This document shows, one piece after another, positions 41,647 through 53,830 of a stretch of 64,000 nt of DNA. This DNA is from an uncultured Gammaproteobacteria bacterium. GTDB taxonomy: Bacteria; Pseudomonadota; Gammaproteobacteria; Xanthomonadales; Xanthomonadaceae. Where the stretch lies: contig CBDUOG010000004.1 in assembly GCA_965368785.1 (NCBI GenBank), forward strand, positions 3,550 to 67,549, in the 5' to 3' direction. Both the position numbers and the translations under genes were made by a program. Each line of letters opens with the position of its first letter. The first letter of the stretch is position 1. The notes under the pieces are model-generated. The model saw only the letters and a program-made list of their open reading frames with translations, made no database searches and was not told where the DNA came from.

Positions 41647-44103
41647 TTAATGCGCCCGACCGCTTTCTCCGGATTCTCTCTCGTCAACCCCTGCTTTTTT
41701 CTTCTCGGGTCCGGCCGACTCTTTTGTTTTTGGCTTGAGCGGATGTTCAAGTGCTACATCAAGAACCTCGTCAATCCATTTAACGGGAATGATTTTAAGT
41801 TTCTCAGTTACGTTCTTGGGAATTTCCGTTAAGTCTTTTTCGTTCTCGATAGGAATGAGCACCGTGGTGATGCCCCCGCGCAAAGCCGCAAGCAGCTTTT
41901 CCTTGAGCCCACCAATTGGCAGCACTCGACCGCGCAAGGTAATTTCGCCGGTCATCGCCACATCCGCGCGCACGGGAACTCCGGTCAATGCCGAGACCAG
42001 CGCAGTCACCATTGCGGTACCGGCACTCGGGCCGTCTTTGGGCGTGGCCCCTTCCGGCACGTGTACATGGCTGTCGAGCTTTTGGTGGAAATCGGTATCA
42101 ATGCCCAATCGCTCGCTACGCGAGCGCACCACCGTATAGGCGGCCTTGACCGACTCCTGCATCACTTCACCCAATTGACCGGTGAGCTGCAGATTGCCTT
42201 TGCCCGGCGAAAAACTTGCTTCGATTTGCAATAAGTCGCCACCGACCTCAGTCCAAGCCAGACCGGTTACCAGGCCCACCTCGTTCTTCTGTTCGGCGCG
42301 ACCGAAATCAAAGCGTTGCACACCGAGGTACTTGCTCAGATCTGCCGCATCAATTTTGACCTGCTTGACCGCTTTGGCAGATTTCTTTTTCGCCTTCGAT
42401 TTAACCGGCCCGGCGAGTGCAATCTCCTTGACCACTTTGCGGCACAACTTGGCAATTTCCCGCTCCAGATTACGCACGCCAGACTCACGCGTGTAGTAAC
42501 GGATAATGTCGCGGATTGCGTCGCTGGAGATCGTCAATTCCTTCGCACTCAGCCCGTTTGCCTTGAGCTGCTTGGGCGTCAGATAACGCTCCACAATATT
42601 GAGCTTTTCCTCTTCGGTATAACCCGGAATTCGAATCACTTCCATTCGGTCCAGTAACGGTGATGGAATATTCAAGGAGTTTGCCGTGGCGACAAACATA
42701 ACCTCGGACAGGTCCAGATCAACCTCAAGATAATGATCGTTAAACGTGTGGTTCTGCTCCGGATCCAGCACTTCGAGCAATGCCGATGACGGATCGCCAC
42801 GGAAATCCATGCTCATTTTGTCGATTTCATCAAGCAAGAACAGCGGGTTCTTCGTGCCTACCTTACTGAGGTTCTGTACGATCCGGCCCGGCATCGAGCC
42901 GATATAGGTGCGACGGTGCCCGCGAATTTCAGCCTCGTCACGCACGCCGCCCAGCGACATCCGCACAAACTTCCGATTGGTCGCCTTGGCAATACTCTGG
43001 CCGAGCGATGTTTTACCCACACCCGGAGGCCCGACCAGGCACAGGATCGGCCCCTTCATCTCGCGCACGCGCGTTTGTACCGCGAGGTATTCGAGAATAC
43101 GTTCCTTAACTTTTTCCAGGCCATAATGATCTGCATCCAAAACTTCTTCGGCTTTGGGTAGGTCACGACGAACTCTTGAGCGCTTCTTCCAGGGCACGCC
43201 GACCAACCAATCCAAATAGTTGCGAACAACGGTTGCTTCCGCCGACATCGCCGACATTTGTTTGAGTTTATTCAGCTCATTCTTAGCCTTCGCCTCAACC
43301 TCTTTAGGCATCCCGGCATCGGCAATTTTTTTGGTCAAATCTTCCAGCTCATTCGGCGCGTCATCTAAATCACCCAGCTCTTTCTGAATGGCCTTCATCT
43401 GCTCATTCAAATAGTACTCACGCTGACTGCGCTCCATCTGCGACTTCACCCGGCCACGGATGCGCTTCTCTACTTGCTGGACGTCTATTTCACCCTCGAC
43501 GATACCCATCAACATTTCCAGGCGGTCGCCAATGTCCAGAGTTTCGAGCAAGGTTTGTTTGTCGCTCAGGCGCGCACCGATATGCGCGGCAATGGTGTCG
43601 GCAAAACGACTGGGGTCATCAATCGCTGACAACGTAGTCAGCAGCTCAGGTGGCAATTTGCGGTTGGCTTTAAGGTACTGCTCAAACAATGACAAAAGCG
43701 ATCGTTGTGCGACTTCAAGCTCACGCTCTTCACGCGCAGTTTCCGACTGCAGGGTATCGACGCTAGCCAATAGCGCACCATCGGCGGCCAACTTGATTTT
43801 GGTGACCTTGACCCGCTGCAAGCCTTCGACCAGCACTTTGACCGTGCCATCGGGTAATTTCAGCAACTGCAGAATTTGCGCAACGGTGCCGACCTTGTAC
43901 AGGTCCTCACCGCTGGGATCATCGATATCGGGACTGGTTTGCGCCACCAATAAAATCTGTTTGTCGCCTTCCATCACCTGATTCAGCGCCTTCATGGAGC
44001 GCTCACGGCCGACAAACAGTGGGATGACCATATGCGGGTACACCACAACATCCCTCAAAGGCAGGACCGGCAAGTCGGTGACGCGGACGGGTTCGCTCAA
44101 CAT
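41647..44103 (-). CDS. lon: Lon protease
   Basis: [33 protein letters not shown]. Confidence 0.99.
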   Translation of the reverse strand: MLSEPVRVTDLPVLPLRDVVVYPHMVIPLFVGRERSMKALNQVMEGDKQILLVAQTSPDIDDPSGEDLYKVGTVAQILQLLKLPDGTVKVLVEGLQRVKVTKIKLAADGALLASVDTLQSETAREERELEVAQRSLLSLFEQYLKANRKLPPELLTTLSAIDDPSRFADTIAAHIGARLSDKQTLLETLDIGDRLEMLMGIVEGEIDVQQVEKRIRGRVKSQMERSQREYYLNEQMKAIQKELGDLDDAPNELEDLTKKIADAGMPKEVEAKAKNELNKLKQMSAMSAEATVVRNYLDWLVGVPWKKRSRVRRDLPKAEEVLDADHYGLEKVKERILEYLAVQTRVREMKGPILCLVGPPGVGKTSLGQSIAKATNRKFVRMSLGGVRDEAEIRGHRRTYIGSMPGRIVQNLSKVGTKNPLFLLDEIDKMSMDFRGDPSSALLEVLDPEQNHTFNDHYLEVDLDLSEVMFVATANSLNIPSPLLDRMEVIRIPGYTEEEKLNIVERYLTPKQLKANGLSAKELTISSDAIRDIIRYYTRESGVRNLEREIAKLCRKVVKEIALAGPVKSKAKKKSAKAVKQVKIDAADLSKYLGVQRFDFGRAEQKNEVGLVTGLAWTEVGGDLLQIEASFSPGKGNLQLTGQLGEVMQESVKAAYTVVRSRSERLGIDTDFHQKLDSHVHVPEGATPKDGPSAGTAMVTALVSALTGVPVRADVAMTGEITLRGRVLPIGGLKEKLLAALRGGITTVLIPIENEKDLTEIPKNVTEKLKIIPVKWIDEVLDVALEHPLKPKTKESAGPEKKKAGVDERESGESGRAH

Positions 44104-44141
44104 TCAGCACTCCAAGTATTTCGTATTTCCTATGCCTCTAT

Positions 44142-44170
44142 TTATGGGGGCATATTGGGCCCGGCACAAG
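44142..44170 (-). promoter_or_regulatory. Sigma32-like heat-shock promoter of lon
   Basis: Minus strand CTTGTG-15 nt-CCCCATAA, resembling CTTGAA-N13..15-CCCCATnT. Confidence 0.65.
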
Positions 44171-44179
44171 CCGAAACCG

Positions 44180-44208
44180 AAAAAAAAGCCCCAGCAAACG
44201 CTGAGGCC
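44180..44208 (-). terminator. Terminator after clpX
   Basis: gcctcagc-gttt-gctggggc followed by T8 on the minus strand. Confidence 0.85.
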
Positions 44209-44232
44209 TTTAAAATCATTGACTTAGAACAA

Positions 44233-45516
44233 CTATTCGGCAGCAGCAGCGCGATTTCCGCCCGTGCCTCGATAAATCAAATAGGGTTCGGTCTGCTGAT
44301 TGATAACTGCCTCATCAACAACCACCTTCTGCACATTTTCCAGCGAAGGCAGTTCAAACATGACATCCAATAAGACCGCTTCAATAATAGTCCGCAGACC
44401 ACGCGCGCCGGTTTTGCGTTTGAGTGCTTTTTTCGCAATCGCGATGAGCGCATCGGGGCGCACTTCCAATTCCACGCCTTCCATTTCAAACAGACGGCGG
44501 AATTGTTTGACGATTGCGTTTTTCGGCTCCATCAAAATGCGAACCAGGGCCGATTCGTCAAGCTCTTCGAGCGTCGCAACAACCGGTAAACGGCCGACGA
44601 ATTCTGGTATCAGACCGAACTTGACCAGATCCTCAGGCTCCACATCGGCCAACAGCTTGCCGATTTCGGCCTTGCGCTCAGAACTTTTCACTTTGGCACT
44701 GAAACCAATACCACCGGCATCGGTACTGCGTTGTTGGATCAACTTATCCAGACCGGCAAATGCGCCGCCGACGATAAACAGGACGTTCTTCGTATCCACC
44801 TGCAAAAACTCTTGCTGCGGATGTTTACGACCGCCCTGCGGCGGCACCGAAGCAACGGTGCCTTCGATCAGTTTCAGCAGCGCCTGTTGCACGCCTTCGC
44901 CGGATACATCGCGAGTGATCGACGGGTTTTCTGATTTGCGTGAAATCTTGTCGATTTCATCAATATAAACAATGCCCTGCTGCGCTTTTTCAACATCGTA
45001 ATCGCATTTTTGCAGCAGCTTTTGAATGATGTTTTCCACGTCTTCACCGACGTAACCCGCTTCGGTCAGTGTCGTTGCGTCGGCAATCGTAAACGGCACA
45101 TTGAGCAAACGTGCCAGCGTTTCAGCCAGCAATGTTTTACCCGAGCCGGTCGGACCGATCAGCAGAATGTTTGACTTAGAAAGTTCGACGTCATCATTTT
45201 TGGTCCGGCTTTCCATGCGCTTGTAGTGGTTATAAACCGCCACTGACAACGTACGCTTGGCACGGGACTGACCGATGACATATTGGTCGAGCACTTCCAA
45301 TATTTCCTTAGGCTTGGGCAGGTGGCTGCGCGCGGCCTGGGATTTTTCTTCCAGCTCTTCGCGGATGATGTCATTACACAGCTCGACGCACTCGTCGCAG
45401 ATAAACACACTGGGACCCGCAATGAGCTTGCGCACTTCATGCTGGCTCTTTCCACAAAACGAGCAATACAAAATCTTACTGCTGTCTGAGGAGCGGCTTG
45501 GCCGATCTTCGGTCAT
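44233..45516 (-). CDS. clpX: ATP-dependent Clp protease ATP-binding subunit
   Basis: [14 protein letters not shown] zinc finger, [11 protein letters not shown] loop; start MTEDR at 45516. Confidence 0.99.
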   Translation of the reverse strand: MTEDRPSRSSDSSKILYCSFCGKSQHEVRKLIAGPSVFICDECVELCNDIIREELEEKSQAARSHLPKPKEILEVLDQYVIGQSRAKRTLSVAVYNHYKRMESRTKNDDVELSKSNILLIGPTGSGKTLLAETLARLLNVPFTIADATTLTEAGYVGEDVENIIQKLLQKCDYDVEKAQQGIVYIDEIDKISRKSENPSITRDVSGEGVQQALLKLIEGTVASVPPQGGRKHPQQEFLQVDTKNVLFIVGGAFAGLDKLIQQRSTDAGGIGFSAKVKSSERKAEIGKLLADVEPEDLVKFGLIPEFVGRLPVVATLEELDESALVRILMEPKNAIVKQFRRLFEMEGVELEVRPDALIAIAKKALKRKTGARGLRTIIEAVLLDVMFELPSLENVQKVVVDEAVINQQTEPYLIYRGTGGNRAAAAE

Positions 45517-45624
45517 CGAAAAACCCTTCGAAATTACAGTGTTACGTGGCGAGAATAGCACAGACGGGGTGACCGCCAAGCCCCTAAGGGGCTATGGCCA
45601 TTATCGGCTCTGTCCGGCAAAACC

Positions 45625-46248
45625 TTATCCGGCCTGAATGCTTTCCTCAGGACGGCGCTCCAGGACGTCATCAACCAGACCGTAGGCCTGTGATTCTTCA
45701 GCGCTTTTGAAGTTATCGCGCTCGGTATCGTGGGCAATCGTCTTGATCGGCTGACCCGTGTGCTTAGACAAAATGCCGTTCAGGCGATCCCGCAAGGACA
45801 GGATTTCACGAGCATGAATGTCGATATCGGTGGCCTGGCCCTGGAACCCACCCAGGGGTTGATGGATCATGACCCGCGAGTTCGGCAACGCGTAGCGCTT
45901 GCCGGCCGCACCGGAGGCTAACAACAAGGCGCCCATGCTGGCGGCCTGACCGACACAAATGGTGCTGACATCCGGGCGGATGAACTGCATCGTGTCGTAG
46001 ATCGCCATGCCGGCGGTGACAATCCCGCCCGGCGAATTGATGTACAGACTGATGTCCTTTTCCGGGTTCTCAGCTTCCAGAAACAGCAACTGAGCGACGA
46101 TCACATTAGCCATGTAATCGTCGATGGGGCCCACCAGAAAAATGACTCGCTCTTTGAGCAGGCGTGAATAGATATCGTACGCGCGCTCACCACGACTGGT
46201 CTGCTCGACCACCATGGGTACCAGATTGAGATTCTTGGTCGGATCCAT
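45625..46248 (-). CDS. clpP: Clp protease proteolytic subunit
   Basis: [23 protein letters not shown]. Confidence 0.99.
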   Translation of the reverse strand: MDPTKNLNLVPMVVEQTSRGERAYDIYSRLLKERVIFLVGPIDDYMANVIVAQLLFLEAENPEKDISLYINSPGGIVTAGMAIYDTMQFIRPDVSTICVGQAASMGALLLASGAAGKRYALPNSRVMIHQPLGGFQGQATDIDIHAREILSLRDRLNGILSKHTGQPIKTIAHDTERDNFKSAEESQAYGLVDDVLERRPEESIQAG

Positions 46249-46270
46249 TACTGCTCCTTAATTGATGTGC

Positions 46271-47569
46271 TTAAGCGCTTGGCTTGATTGCGTCGCTGAA
46301 GCTTACCTCTTTAACCGTTGCTTTGGCACGTTCTGCGACCCAATCGATTACCTGCTCTTCCATCACGCGGTGCTGAAGGTTCGACATCAGCTGCTGGTCA
46401 TTTCGATACAGTTCAATCACTTGGTTCGGATCTTCGTAGGTGGAAGCAATCAGGTTCAATGTTTCGACAACGCGTTTCTGCTCAAGTTTCAAATTATTCT
46501 GACGGGCAATTTCGCCAACCAGCAAACCGGCTGCAACGCGCTGCTTGGCCTGGGACATAAATTCCTTAGGATCGTAACTGGCATTTTGCATTCCGCGCTG
46601 CTGCGCTTGACGCTTGGCGCTCTCAACCAAGGAATTCGCTTCAGCCTCAATTAGTTTCGGTGGCAACTCGACATCGGCAAATTTCGCGACCAACTTAGCG
46701 GCAACTTCTGCACGCAGTTTGCCCATCAACGAGCCTTTCAATTCGCGTGCCAAATTACTGCGCACTTCTTCACGGAACTTCTCTAATTTACCGCCTTTGA
46801 TACCGAAGCTTTTGATGAATGCTTCATCGACTTCAGGCACTTTAGGTGCGGAAACCTTAATTGCTTTGACCGTAACCTTGGCGTCTTTACCAGCCAGGTC
46901 TTCTACGCGCCAGTCGGCCGGGAACTTAACGTCAAAGGTTTTCTCTTCGCCAGTTTTAATGCCTTTAAGTGCGGTTTCAATTTCCGCGAGCATCACATTG
47001 GAACCCAGCACGGTTGCGCCACGCTCCACGCCTTCTGCCGGAAAACGCTTATCAGCGGCCTGTGCAACCGTTTCCAGGTTAACCAGATCGCCGGCTTCAG
47101 CACCGCGCTCAACGGCTTCCCATGTACGGCGCTGCATTTGCAGCGTTTCGATCATCTGATCGATATCTGAATCATTGATTTCTGCTTTCAGGCGATTAAT
47201 TTCAATTTCAGACACATTGATCTCACCAAACTCGGGAACAATTTCGAAGGTTGCCGAATACTTAACTTCTGAACCATCCTGGGTCTCGGCTTTAAATTCT
47301 GGCGAGCCGGCGATCTGCAGTTTTTGCTCGCGCACGGCTTGCGCAAAACTTTCGCGCACTAAATCACCATAGGCTTCACCGCGAACTTGGTCACCATACT
47401 TCTGCTCAATTACCTTGGTTGGTACTTTACCCGGGCGAAAACCCTTGATCCGCACCGTTTTGGCCATCTCGCGCAGACGCTGACCAACTGCATTATCGAG
47501 GCGATCGGACGGCAGAGACACCGTAACGCGACGCTCAAGACTGCTGGTGTTTTCGACAGAAACTTGCAT
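46271..47569 (-). CDS. tig: Trigger factor
   Basis: GFRPGKVP ribosome-binding motif; start MQVSVE at 47569. Confidence 0.98.
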   Translation of the reverse strand: MQVSVENTSSLERRVTVSLPSDRLDNAVGQRLREMAKTVRIKGFRPGKVPTKVIEQKYGDQVRGEAYGDLVRESFAQAVREQKLQIAGSPEFKAETQDGSEVKYSATFEIVPEFGEINVSEIEINRLKAEINDSDIDQMIETLQMQRRTWEAVERGAEAGDLVNLETVAQAADKRFPAEGVERGATVLGSNVMLAEIETALKGIKTGEEKTFDVKFPADWRVEDLAGKDAKVTVKAIKVSAPKVPEVDEAFIKSFGIKGGKLEKFREEVRSNLARELKGSLMGKLRAEVAAKLVAKFADVELPPKLIEAEANSLVESAKRQAQQRGMQNASYDPKEFMSQAKQRVAAGLLVGEIARQNNLKLEQKRVVETLNLIASTYEDPNQVIELYRNDQQLMSNLQHRVMEEQVIDWVAERAKATVKEVSFSDAIKPSA

Positions 47570-47652
47570 AACAACTCCCGGTGCCACATTGCTGTGGCTT
47601 GCACATAAAAATTAGCGCAGAAAGCTGATGCTTCCTGCCCCGATACATAATT

Positions 47653-47738
47653 TGGTGCGAAAGGAGAGACTCGAACTCTCACGGGGGTTGCCCGCTGGAA
47701 CCTAAATCCAGTGCGTCTACCAATTCCGCCACTTTCGC
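47653..47738 (-). tRNA. tRNA-Leu(TAG)
   Basis: ctgga-ttTAGgt-tccag, long variable arm. Confidence 0.97.
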
Positions 47739-47762
47739 TTACGTTTTACGCCAGACTCGCAA

Positions 47763-47838
47763 TGGTGGGCCGTCAAGGATTCGAACCTTGGACCTACGGA
47801 TTAAGAGTCCGCTGCTCTACCAACTGAGCTAACGGCCC
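47763..47838 (-). tRNA. tRNA-Lys(CTT)
   Basis: gcgga-ctCTTaa-tccgt. Confidence 0.97.
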
Positions 47839-47892
47839 ATTGCTACGTCTGCTCGCGCAGCACGAACCTGCCATTATGCCTTATGTAGGGAA

Positions 47893-47970
<78 letters not shown>

Positions 47971-47984
47971 ATAGATGCTGATAC

Positions 47985-48060
47985 TGGCGCGCCCGGCAGG
48001 AATCGAACCTGCAACCACCGGCTTAGAAGGCCGGTGCTCTATCCGTTGAGCTACGGGCGC
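47985..48060 (-). tRNA. tRNA-Arg(TCT)
   Basis: ccggc-ctTCTaa-gccgg. Confidence 0.97.
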
Positions 48061-48143
48061 ATCGTACCGATATTGTTACATCAAACAGACAATAACCACA
48101 CCATCTGACCATATAAACCGGACTTCACACAAGACCGGTAAAT

Positions 48144-48220
48144 TGGTCGGGGCAGAAGGATTCGAACCCTCGACATCTAGCTCCCAAAGCTAGCGCTCTA
48201 CCAGACTGAGCTATACCCCG
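48144..48220 (-). tRNA. tRNA-Pro(TGG)
   Basis: ctagc-ttTGGga-gctag; C1-G72. Confidence 0.97.
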
Positions 48221-48299
48221 AGTCGTACAAATAGTGCTTAGCGCAAAATTTCACAGACTTGGCTGTTTTTTGTCTGCGTCGATTCCCGACGTCTAAAGG

Positions 48300-48322
48300 C
48301 AAAAAAGGTGCCGCAGCACCCC
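48300..48322 (-). terminator. Terminator after tRNA-Arg(ACG)
   Basis: ggtgc-tgcg-gcacc followed by T-tract on the minus strand. Confidence 0.6.
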
Positions 48323-48338
48323 TTCACCCATTCACCAA

Positions 48339-48415
48339 TGGCGCGCCCGGAAGGATTCGAACCTCCGACCCCCAAGTTCGTAGCCTGGTGCTCTATCCAG
48401 CTGAGCTACGGGCGC
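48339..48415 (-). tRNA. tRNA-Arg(ACG)
   Basis: ccagg-ctACGaa-cttgg. Confidence 0.97.
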
Positions 48416-48426
48416 GTAGGGGCGGA

Positions 48427-48455
48427 ATTATGGGCGTTGCGACCTGTTTCGTCAA
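48427..48455 (-). promoter_or_regulatory. Sigma70 stable-RNA promoter for tRNA-Arg(ACG)
   Basis: TTGACG-17 nt-CATAAT followed by GC-rich discriminator tccgcccc. Confidence 0.8.
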
Positions 48456-48712
48456 CAAGGAATTCAGCTTTTGCTGCACAAAGTACGGATTCATTTAGCT
48501 GTGCGTTAGTAATTAGACGCAAGCGACACAAGATACCTACGATGAACTTAATCCAATCGACGCCAGCATATTCAACGCATGCATCAATGATGCGAGCGCT
48601 ATGAAGCACCGCTTCATGCGAAAAGGAGTCGCCGCAAATTCAATTCATAGGCGATAAATCAGCCCCGCCTCACTCAGGTCTGATGTTTGATGGCGCGACA
48701 CTCGGAAATCCC

Positions 48713-48863
48713 GATCGGGATTGACTCGGGTCATCCTGACCCTCGCCACTTCGGGGCCGCCTACGGAAAGCCTACAGACTCCGCTCAACATCAGATCTGA
48801 TCGCTACGAGCCGACGGCATCGGTAAGCCGCCTAGTTGTTTGGCAACTCCATTGGCTCGAACC
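48713..48863 (-). ncRNA. RtT-like element downstream of tRNA-Ser(GCT)
   Basis: Minus strand ggttcgag...ggccccgaagtggcgag-ggtcaggatgacc-cgagtcaatccc; 3' half matches the architecture of the element at 33962. Confidence 0.55.
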
Positions 48864-48871
48864 TTTTCATC

Positions 48872-48908
48872 AGACAAAAAAAACGCCCTTGCGGGCGTAT
48901 TTTTTGTC
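48872..48908. terminator. Terminator after tRNA-Ser(GCT)
   Basis: gacaaaaaaaacgccc-ttgc-gggcgtattttttgtc. Confidence 0.85.
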
Positions 48909-49000
48909 TGGCGGAGAGAGAGGGATTCGAACCCTCGATACGGGATAAACCGTATACTCCCTTAGCAGGGGAGCCCCTTCGGCCACTCGGGCATCTCTCC
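48909..49000 (-). tRNA. tRNA-Ser(GCT)
   Basis: ctccc-ctGCTaa-gggag, long variable arm; follows csrA. Confidence 0.97.
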
Positions 49001-49072
49001 GTATTTTTGCTCCCGAGCGAACTCGGGATCGCAAGGATAACGGTTCTGCCCAAGCGGGTAAACTCTTGTATT

Positions 49073-49270
49073 CTACTTTTCTTCGGTATTTGAGCCTTGG
49101 GCGGCCTGTTCCTGCTGGATTCGCTGAAAAATCTCTTCCCGATGGACCGCTACATCTTTCGGTGCGGTGATTCCGATCCGTACCTGATTTCCCTTGACTC
49201 CCAAAACCGTCACCGTGACCGAGTCTCCGATCATGAGGGTTTCGCCAACGCGGCGCGTCAAAATAAGCAT
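49073..49270 (-). CDS. csrA: Carbon storage regulator CsrA/RsmA
   Basis: [37 protein letters not shown]; start at 49270. Confidence 0.99.
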   Translation of the reverse strand: MLILTRRVGETLMIGDSVTVTVLGVKGNQVRIGITAPKDVAVHREEIFQRIQQEQAAQGSNTEEK

Positions 49271-49408
49271 ATTGCTCTTCCTTACCGGATTCTTCCATGC
49301 ACCGGACAGCGGCCTGAATAGCCGCCCCCTTCGCTGCACAAAAATTGTGAATTGAAGCCCGCGATCACGATCGCGGCAATGGTTAGTTTAGCACTTGGTC
49401 GGATTGGG

Positions 49409-52066
49409 TCAGCTACCGCGCTGTTCAATCCAGCGGGGTAGTTCAGCCAGAGCTGCGATAAGTTCCGGTCCATCCTTCCCTCCTCCTTGTGCCATATCGG
49501 GCCTTCCGCCGCCCTTACCGCCAATTTGACCGGCAATATGTGACAGAAGTTCACCCGCTTTTACACGCTCCAGGGCCTTACCTTTCACGCCAGCCACCAA
49601 TGACACTTTCCCGTCTTCGGCGCCTGCAAGCACAATAACGGCATCAACCAGCTTATTCTTTAGGACATCCATGGCATCGCGCAAGGATTTGGCATCCATG
49701 CCTTCCAGTCGGGCCGCAACCAGCTGTAGCGAGCCTATTTGCACTGCGCCCTCAGCTAGTGACTCGACCGCACCCGAGGCTTGTTTAGCTTTCAGCGAAT
49801 CGATCTGACGCTCCAGCTCTTTTTGTCGGTCCATCAAGGCACGCACCTTGTCCGCGACTTCCGGGACGCTGGCTCCGGTGAGATGGGCTAATTCGAACAT
49901 GCGCTGCTGATTGTCCAGAACATAATCCAGAGCCGCCGCGCCGCTAACCGCCTCGATCCGGCGTACGCCGGCGGCGACACCGGATTCCGAAGTGATCTTA
50001 AACAAACCGATATCACCGGTTCGTGCGACATGGGTACCGCCGCACAACTCGGTTGAGAAATCGCCCATTTTCAGAACGCGCACATGCTCGCCGTACTTTT
50101 CGCCGAACAGGGCCATCGCGCCAAAATCAAGCGCCTCTTGCATTGCCATATGATGCGTCTCGGCTGCAGCATTCCGGCGAATCTGGTCATTGACCATTCG
50201 TTCAATCGTATTCAGTTCGTCACGGCTAATCGGTTTGAAATGAGAGAAGTCGAAACGCAATTTGTCCGGCGCGACTAATGAGCCTTTTTGCGTCACGTGA
50301 TCACCCAGCACTTCGCGCAACGCGGCATGCAACAAGTGCGTTGCCGAGTGGTGCAACACAATTGCCCGACGGCGCTCGCCGTCAATCGCCGCCGCAAGCT
50401 TGTCGCCAACATTTAGCGTGCCATGTTTCACCGTGCCCTGATGCACATGAAACTGACCGGCGACTTTCTGCGTATCGGATACATCAAACTGCATATTCGA
50501 CGAAGTCAGAACGCCGGTATCACCGACCTGCCCGCCCGACTCGGCGTAGAACGGTGTGCTATCCAAAATGATCGACGCCCTTTCACCCGCGCTCACCGCA
50601 TTAACTGCCACACCATCTTTCACCACGGCCAGCACATTGCATGAGCCTGCGGCGCCATGGTCATAACCGGAAAACTGGGTTGGGGTCAGCTTGGCAATTA
50701 ACTCCGCAGACAGGGTGGCCTGTCCACTGAACTTACCGGCAGCGCGGGCGCGCTCACGTTGCTCATTCATCAACACGTCATAGCGGCTCATTGCGTCGGC
50801 GGCCAAGTGCCAACCCTTGTCTTCATTCTCGCGGCACAGATCAGCAATTAGATCCGGCGGACAACCATAGGTGTCGTGCAGAGTGAACAACTGATCGCCA
50901 CTTATGATTCCGTTGCTTGAATGCAGATACTCCTGAACTTTCATCATCCCCGCATCCAGGGTTTGATCGAACGCGGATTCTTCCGATTTCAACGCCTGTT
51001 CAATCAAGCTGCGCTTTTGCACCAGCTCCGGATAACTCGCACCCATCGCGTCAATCAACGGCTGATGCATTTTCCAGAACAAACCATCTGCACGCGTGAT
51101 GCCGAGTTTCCAGAAATGGCGCACGGCGCGACGAATGATTCGGCGCAGTACATAGCCGCGCCCTTCATTGGATGGCAGAACACCATCAGCAATTAAGAAT
51201 GAGCAGGTGCGGATATGATCGGAAATGACGCGTAAGGACTTGTGCTCCAGGTCTTTGCAATCAGCGAGTTTGGCCGCGGCTTTAATCAAGTGCTGAAACA
51301 GGTCAATTTCGTAGTTGCTGTGCACGTGTTGCAACACCGCGGCAATTCGCTCCAATCCCATGCCGGTATCGACGCAGGGCGCTGGCAGAGGCAGCAAAGT
51401 GCCGTCAGCCTGACGGTCAAACTGCATAAACACGTTATTCCAAATCTCAATAAAGCGATCGCCATCTTCATCCGGCGAGCCCGGCGGACCACCGGCAATA
51501 TGCGCGCCGTGATCATAGAAAATTTCCGAGCACGGACCGCACGGACCGGTATCGGCCATTTGCCAGAAATTATCCGATGCGTAGGGCGCGCCTTTGTTAT
51601 CGCCGATCCGGATGATTCGATCAGCAGGAATGCCCACTAACGTATTCCAAATCTCAAAGGCCTCATCGTCGGTGTGATAAATGGTCACCAACAATTTTTC
51701 TTCCGGCAATTTCCATACCTTGGTCAGCAATTCCCAAGCCCACAAAATGGCATCACGCTTGAAGTAATCACCAAAGCTGAAGTTACCCAGCATTTCAAAA
51801 AATGTATGGTGTCTTGCGGTGTATCCCACCGAATCCAAATCATTGTGTTTACCGCCAGCACGAACGCAGCGCTGCGAGCTGACCGCGCGCGTATAACTGC
51901 GTTTCTCTGCACCTAAAAACACATCCTTGAACTGCACCATACCGGCGTTTGTGAATAACAAAGTCGGATCATTGCCCGGAACCAGGGAACTGGATGGAAC
52001 AACCCTGTGTTGTTTAGATTTAAAGAAATCGAGGAAATCCTGACGGATCTCGGCGCTGGTTTTCAT
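49409..52066 (-). CDS. alaS: Alanine--tRNA ligase
   Basis: [48 protein letters not shown]. Confidence 0.99.
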   Translation of the reverse strand: MKTSAEIRQDFLDFFKSKQHRVVPSSSLVPGNDPTLLFTNAGMVQFKDVFLGAEKRSYTRAVSSQRCVRAGGKHNDLDSVGYTARHHTFFEMLGNFSFGDYFKRDAILWAWELLTKVWKLPEEKLLVTIYHTDDEAFEIWNTLVGIPADRIIRIGDNKGAPYASDNFWQMADTGPCGPCSEIFYDHGAHIAGGPPGSPDEDGDRFIEIWNNVFMQFDRQADGTLLPLPAPCVDTGMGLERIAAVLQHVHSNYEIDLFQHLIKAAAKLADCKDLEHKSLRVISDHIRTCSFLIADGVLPSNEGRGYVLRRIIRRAVRHFWKLGITRADGLFWKMHQPLIDAMGASYPELVQKRSLIEQALKSEESAFDQTLDAGMMKVQEYLHSSNGIISGDQLFTLHDTYGCPPDLIADLCRENEDKGWHLAADAMSRYDVLMNEQRERARAAGKFSGQATLSAELIAKLTPTQFSGYDHGAAGSCNVLAVVKDGVAVNAVSAGERASIILDSTPFYAESGGQVGDTGVLTSSNMQFDVSDTQKVAGQFHVHQGTVKHGTLNVGDKLAAAIDGERRRAIVLHHSATHLLHAALREVLGDHVTQKGSLVAPDKLRFDFSHFKPISRDELNTIERMVNDQIRRNAAAETHHMAMQEALDFGAMALFGEKYGEHVRVLKMGDFSTELCGGTHVARTGDIGLFKITSESGVAAGVRRIEAVSGAAALDYVLDNQQRMFELAHLTGASVPEVADKVRALMDRQKELERQIDSLKAKQASGAVESLAEGAVQIGSLQLVAARLEGMDAKSLRDAMDVLKNKLVDAVIVLAGAEDGKVSLVAGVKGKALERVKAGELLSHIAGQIGGKGGGRPDMAQGGGKDGPELIAALAELPRWIEQRGS

Positions 52067-52144
52067 AGTTCAAGAATCTGCTGCTGGGGCCCGGCCTGAG
52101 CCGTGCTAAATAATTGATGACTATAGATTATCAGGGAAGCAGCG

Positions 52145-52630
52145 CTATTGCTGGGTGAAATGCGCCGACTTGGCACACTTGGCAGCGCCATAGGCCTGAT
52201 CGTGACTGAATCCACGGCGCAGCAGCATCGCGACCGCTTTCAGATATTGTTTTTGATCATCCAGTTGCGCCGCCGAGTAGCGCCGGCTGATCACATCGAG
52301 CGCCAGTTGCGACCAGTCGGTTTCACAGGCGGCAAGTGCAGCGTCTAATTGGTCAGCATCGACGCCGGCATTTTGAAGGTCCATCGCGATGCGCCGCGGG
52401 CCGTAGCCGCTGCTGGCGCGCATCCGGGCAAAGGCCTGGGCAAATCGCGTGTCATTGACGTAGCCGGCCTCCAGCAACTCCTTAATGCAGTCACTGGCTT
52501 CGGAGGCACTGAAGCCTTTGGACAATAACTTGGATTCGATCTGCTGGCGCGAATACCCGCGCCGCGCCAGCAGTCGCATGGCATAAAGAAACGGGTCAGC
52601 GCCCTTTTTGGCTTTCTGACCAAAAGCCAT
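52145..52630 (-). CDS. recX: Regulatory protein RecX
   Basis: AMRLLARRGYS, GYVNDTRFA, GYGPRRI, LLRRGF; follows recA. Confidence 0.95.
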   Translation of the reverse strand: MAFGQKAKKGADPFLYAMRLLARRGYSRQQIESKLLSKGFSASEASDCIKELLEAGYVNDTRFAQAFARMRASSGYGPRRIAMDLQNAGVDADQLDAALAACETDWSQLALDVISRRYSAAQLDDQKQYLKAVAMLLRRGFSHDQAYGAAKCAKSAHFTQQ

Positions 52631-53667
52631 CAGGCTTCCGCTTCTTCCTCGACTTCACTGTCGCTACCGACATGGTTAGGCACATACAGTTCACGCAGCT
52701 TCAACTCGATTTCTGCCGCCTTGACCGGATTGTCCTTCATCCACTGGCGTGCGTTTTCCTTGCCCTGCCCGATCCGCTCGTCGCCACAGCTGTACCAGGC
52801 ACCGGCCTTATCGATAATTTTGGCATCCACGGCCATCTCGATCATCTCGCCCTCGCGTGAAATACCTTCGCCGTACAAAATTTCGGTAACCACTTGTTTA
52901 AACGGCGGTGCCAGTTTGTTTTTAACCACTTTGATGCGGGTCTGGTTGCCGATCACTTCGTCGCCTTTTTTCACCGCACCGATCCGGCGGATATCCAAAC
53001 GCACCGACGCGTAGAACTTCAGCGCATTGCCGCCAGTGGTAGTTTCTGGACTCTGGCCCGGCATCATCATGCCGATCTTCATACGCAGCTGGTTGATAAA
53101 TACCACCATGCAGTTGCTGCGCTTGATGTTGCCGGTCAATTTACGCAGCGCCTGACTCATCAGGCGGGCCTGCAGGCCGATCTGCATATCGCCCATTTCG
53201 CCTTCAATTTCAGCCTTCGGGGTCAACGCAGCAACCGAGTCGATCACCACAATATCCACCGCATTAGAACGCACCAACATATCGGCGATCTCGAGTGCCT
53301 GCTCACCGGTGTCCGGCTGCGACACCAACAAGTCATCGACTTTTACGCCCAACTTGGCAGCATAGCTGGGATCCAGCGCGTGCTCAGCATCCACAAATGC
53401 CGCTACCCCGCCGAGTTTCTGGCACTCAGCGATGGTCTGCAGGGTCAGCGTTGTTTTACCCGAAGATTCCGGGCCGTAGATTTCGACCACGCGGCCTCGG
53501 GGCAAGCCACCGATACCCAAAGCGATGTCCAGCATCAGCGAACCAGTCGGAATGACGTCAGCGGCCTCTATGGCCTTATCACCCATGCGCATCACACTAC
53601 CCTTACCGAACTGACGCTCGATTTGAGTCAATGCTGCTTGCAGCGCGCGTTTTTTGTTGTCATCCAT
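52630..53667 (-). CDS. recA: Recombinase RecA
   Basis: [28 protein letters not shown]. Confidence 0.99.
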   Translation of the reverse strand: MDDNKKRALQAALTQIERQFGKGSVMRMGDKAIEAADVIPTGSLMLDIALGIGGLPRGRVVEIYGPESSGKTTLTLQTIAECQKLGGVAAFVDAEHALDPSYAAKLGVKVDDLLVSQPDTGEQALEIADMLVRSNAVDIVVIDSVAALTPKAEIEGEMGDMQIGLQARLMSQALRKLTGNIKRSNCMVVFINQLRMKIGMMMPGQSPETTTGGNALKFYASVRLDIRRIGAVKKGDEVIGNQTRIKVVKNKLAPPFKQVVTEILYGEGISREGEMIEMAVDAKIIDKAGAWYSCGDERIGQGKENARQWMKDNPVKAAEIELKLRELYVPNHVGSDSEVEEEAEA

Positions 53668-53830
53668 TTTGAATCCCTCGTTCGTCGATTGGTGGCCATC
53701 ATGAATCGGCCTTGTCTCAAATTCTCGGACAGCAAGAAGCTGTACCGCTAAATTATCCCATAGTGGGTGAAATCGCCGTCGGCGATCTGCTGCTCGTTCG
53801 TAAGAAAACGCCCCAAGTGCCTGTCATATT

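Noticed and set aside
52894-53751. 285-aa ORF antisense to recA, and similar long antisense ORFs over ppiD, clpX, ffh, rplS and fabG
   Set aside because: Shadow ORFs produced by codon bias of highly expressed genes; no recognisable motifs.
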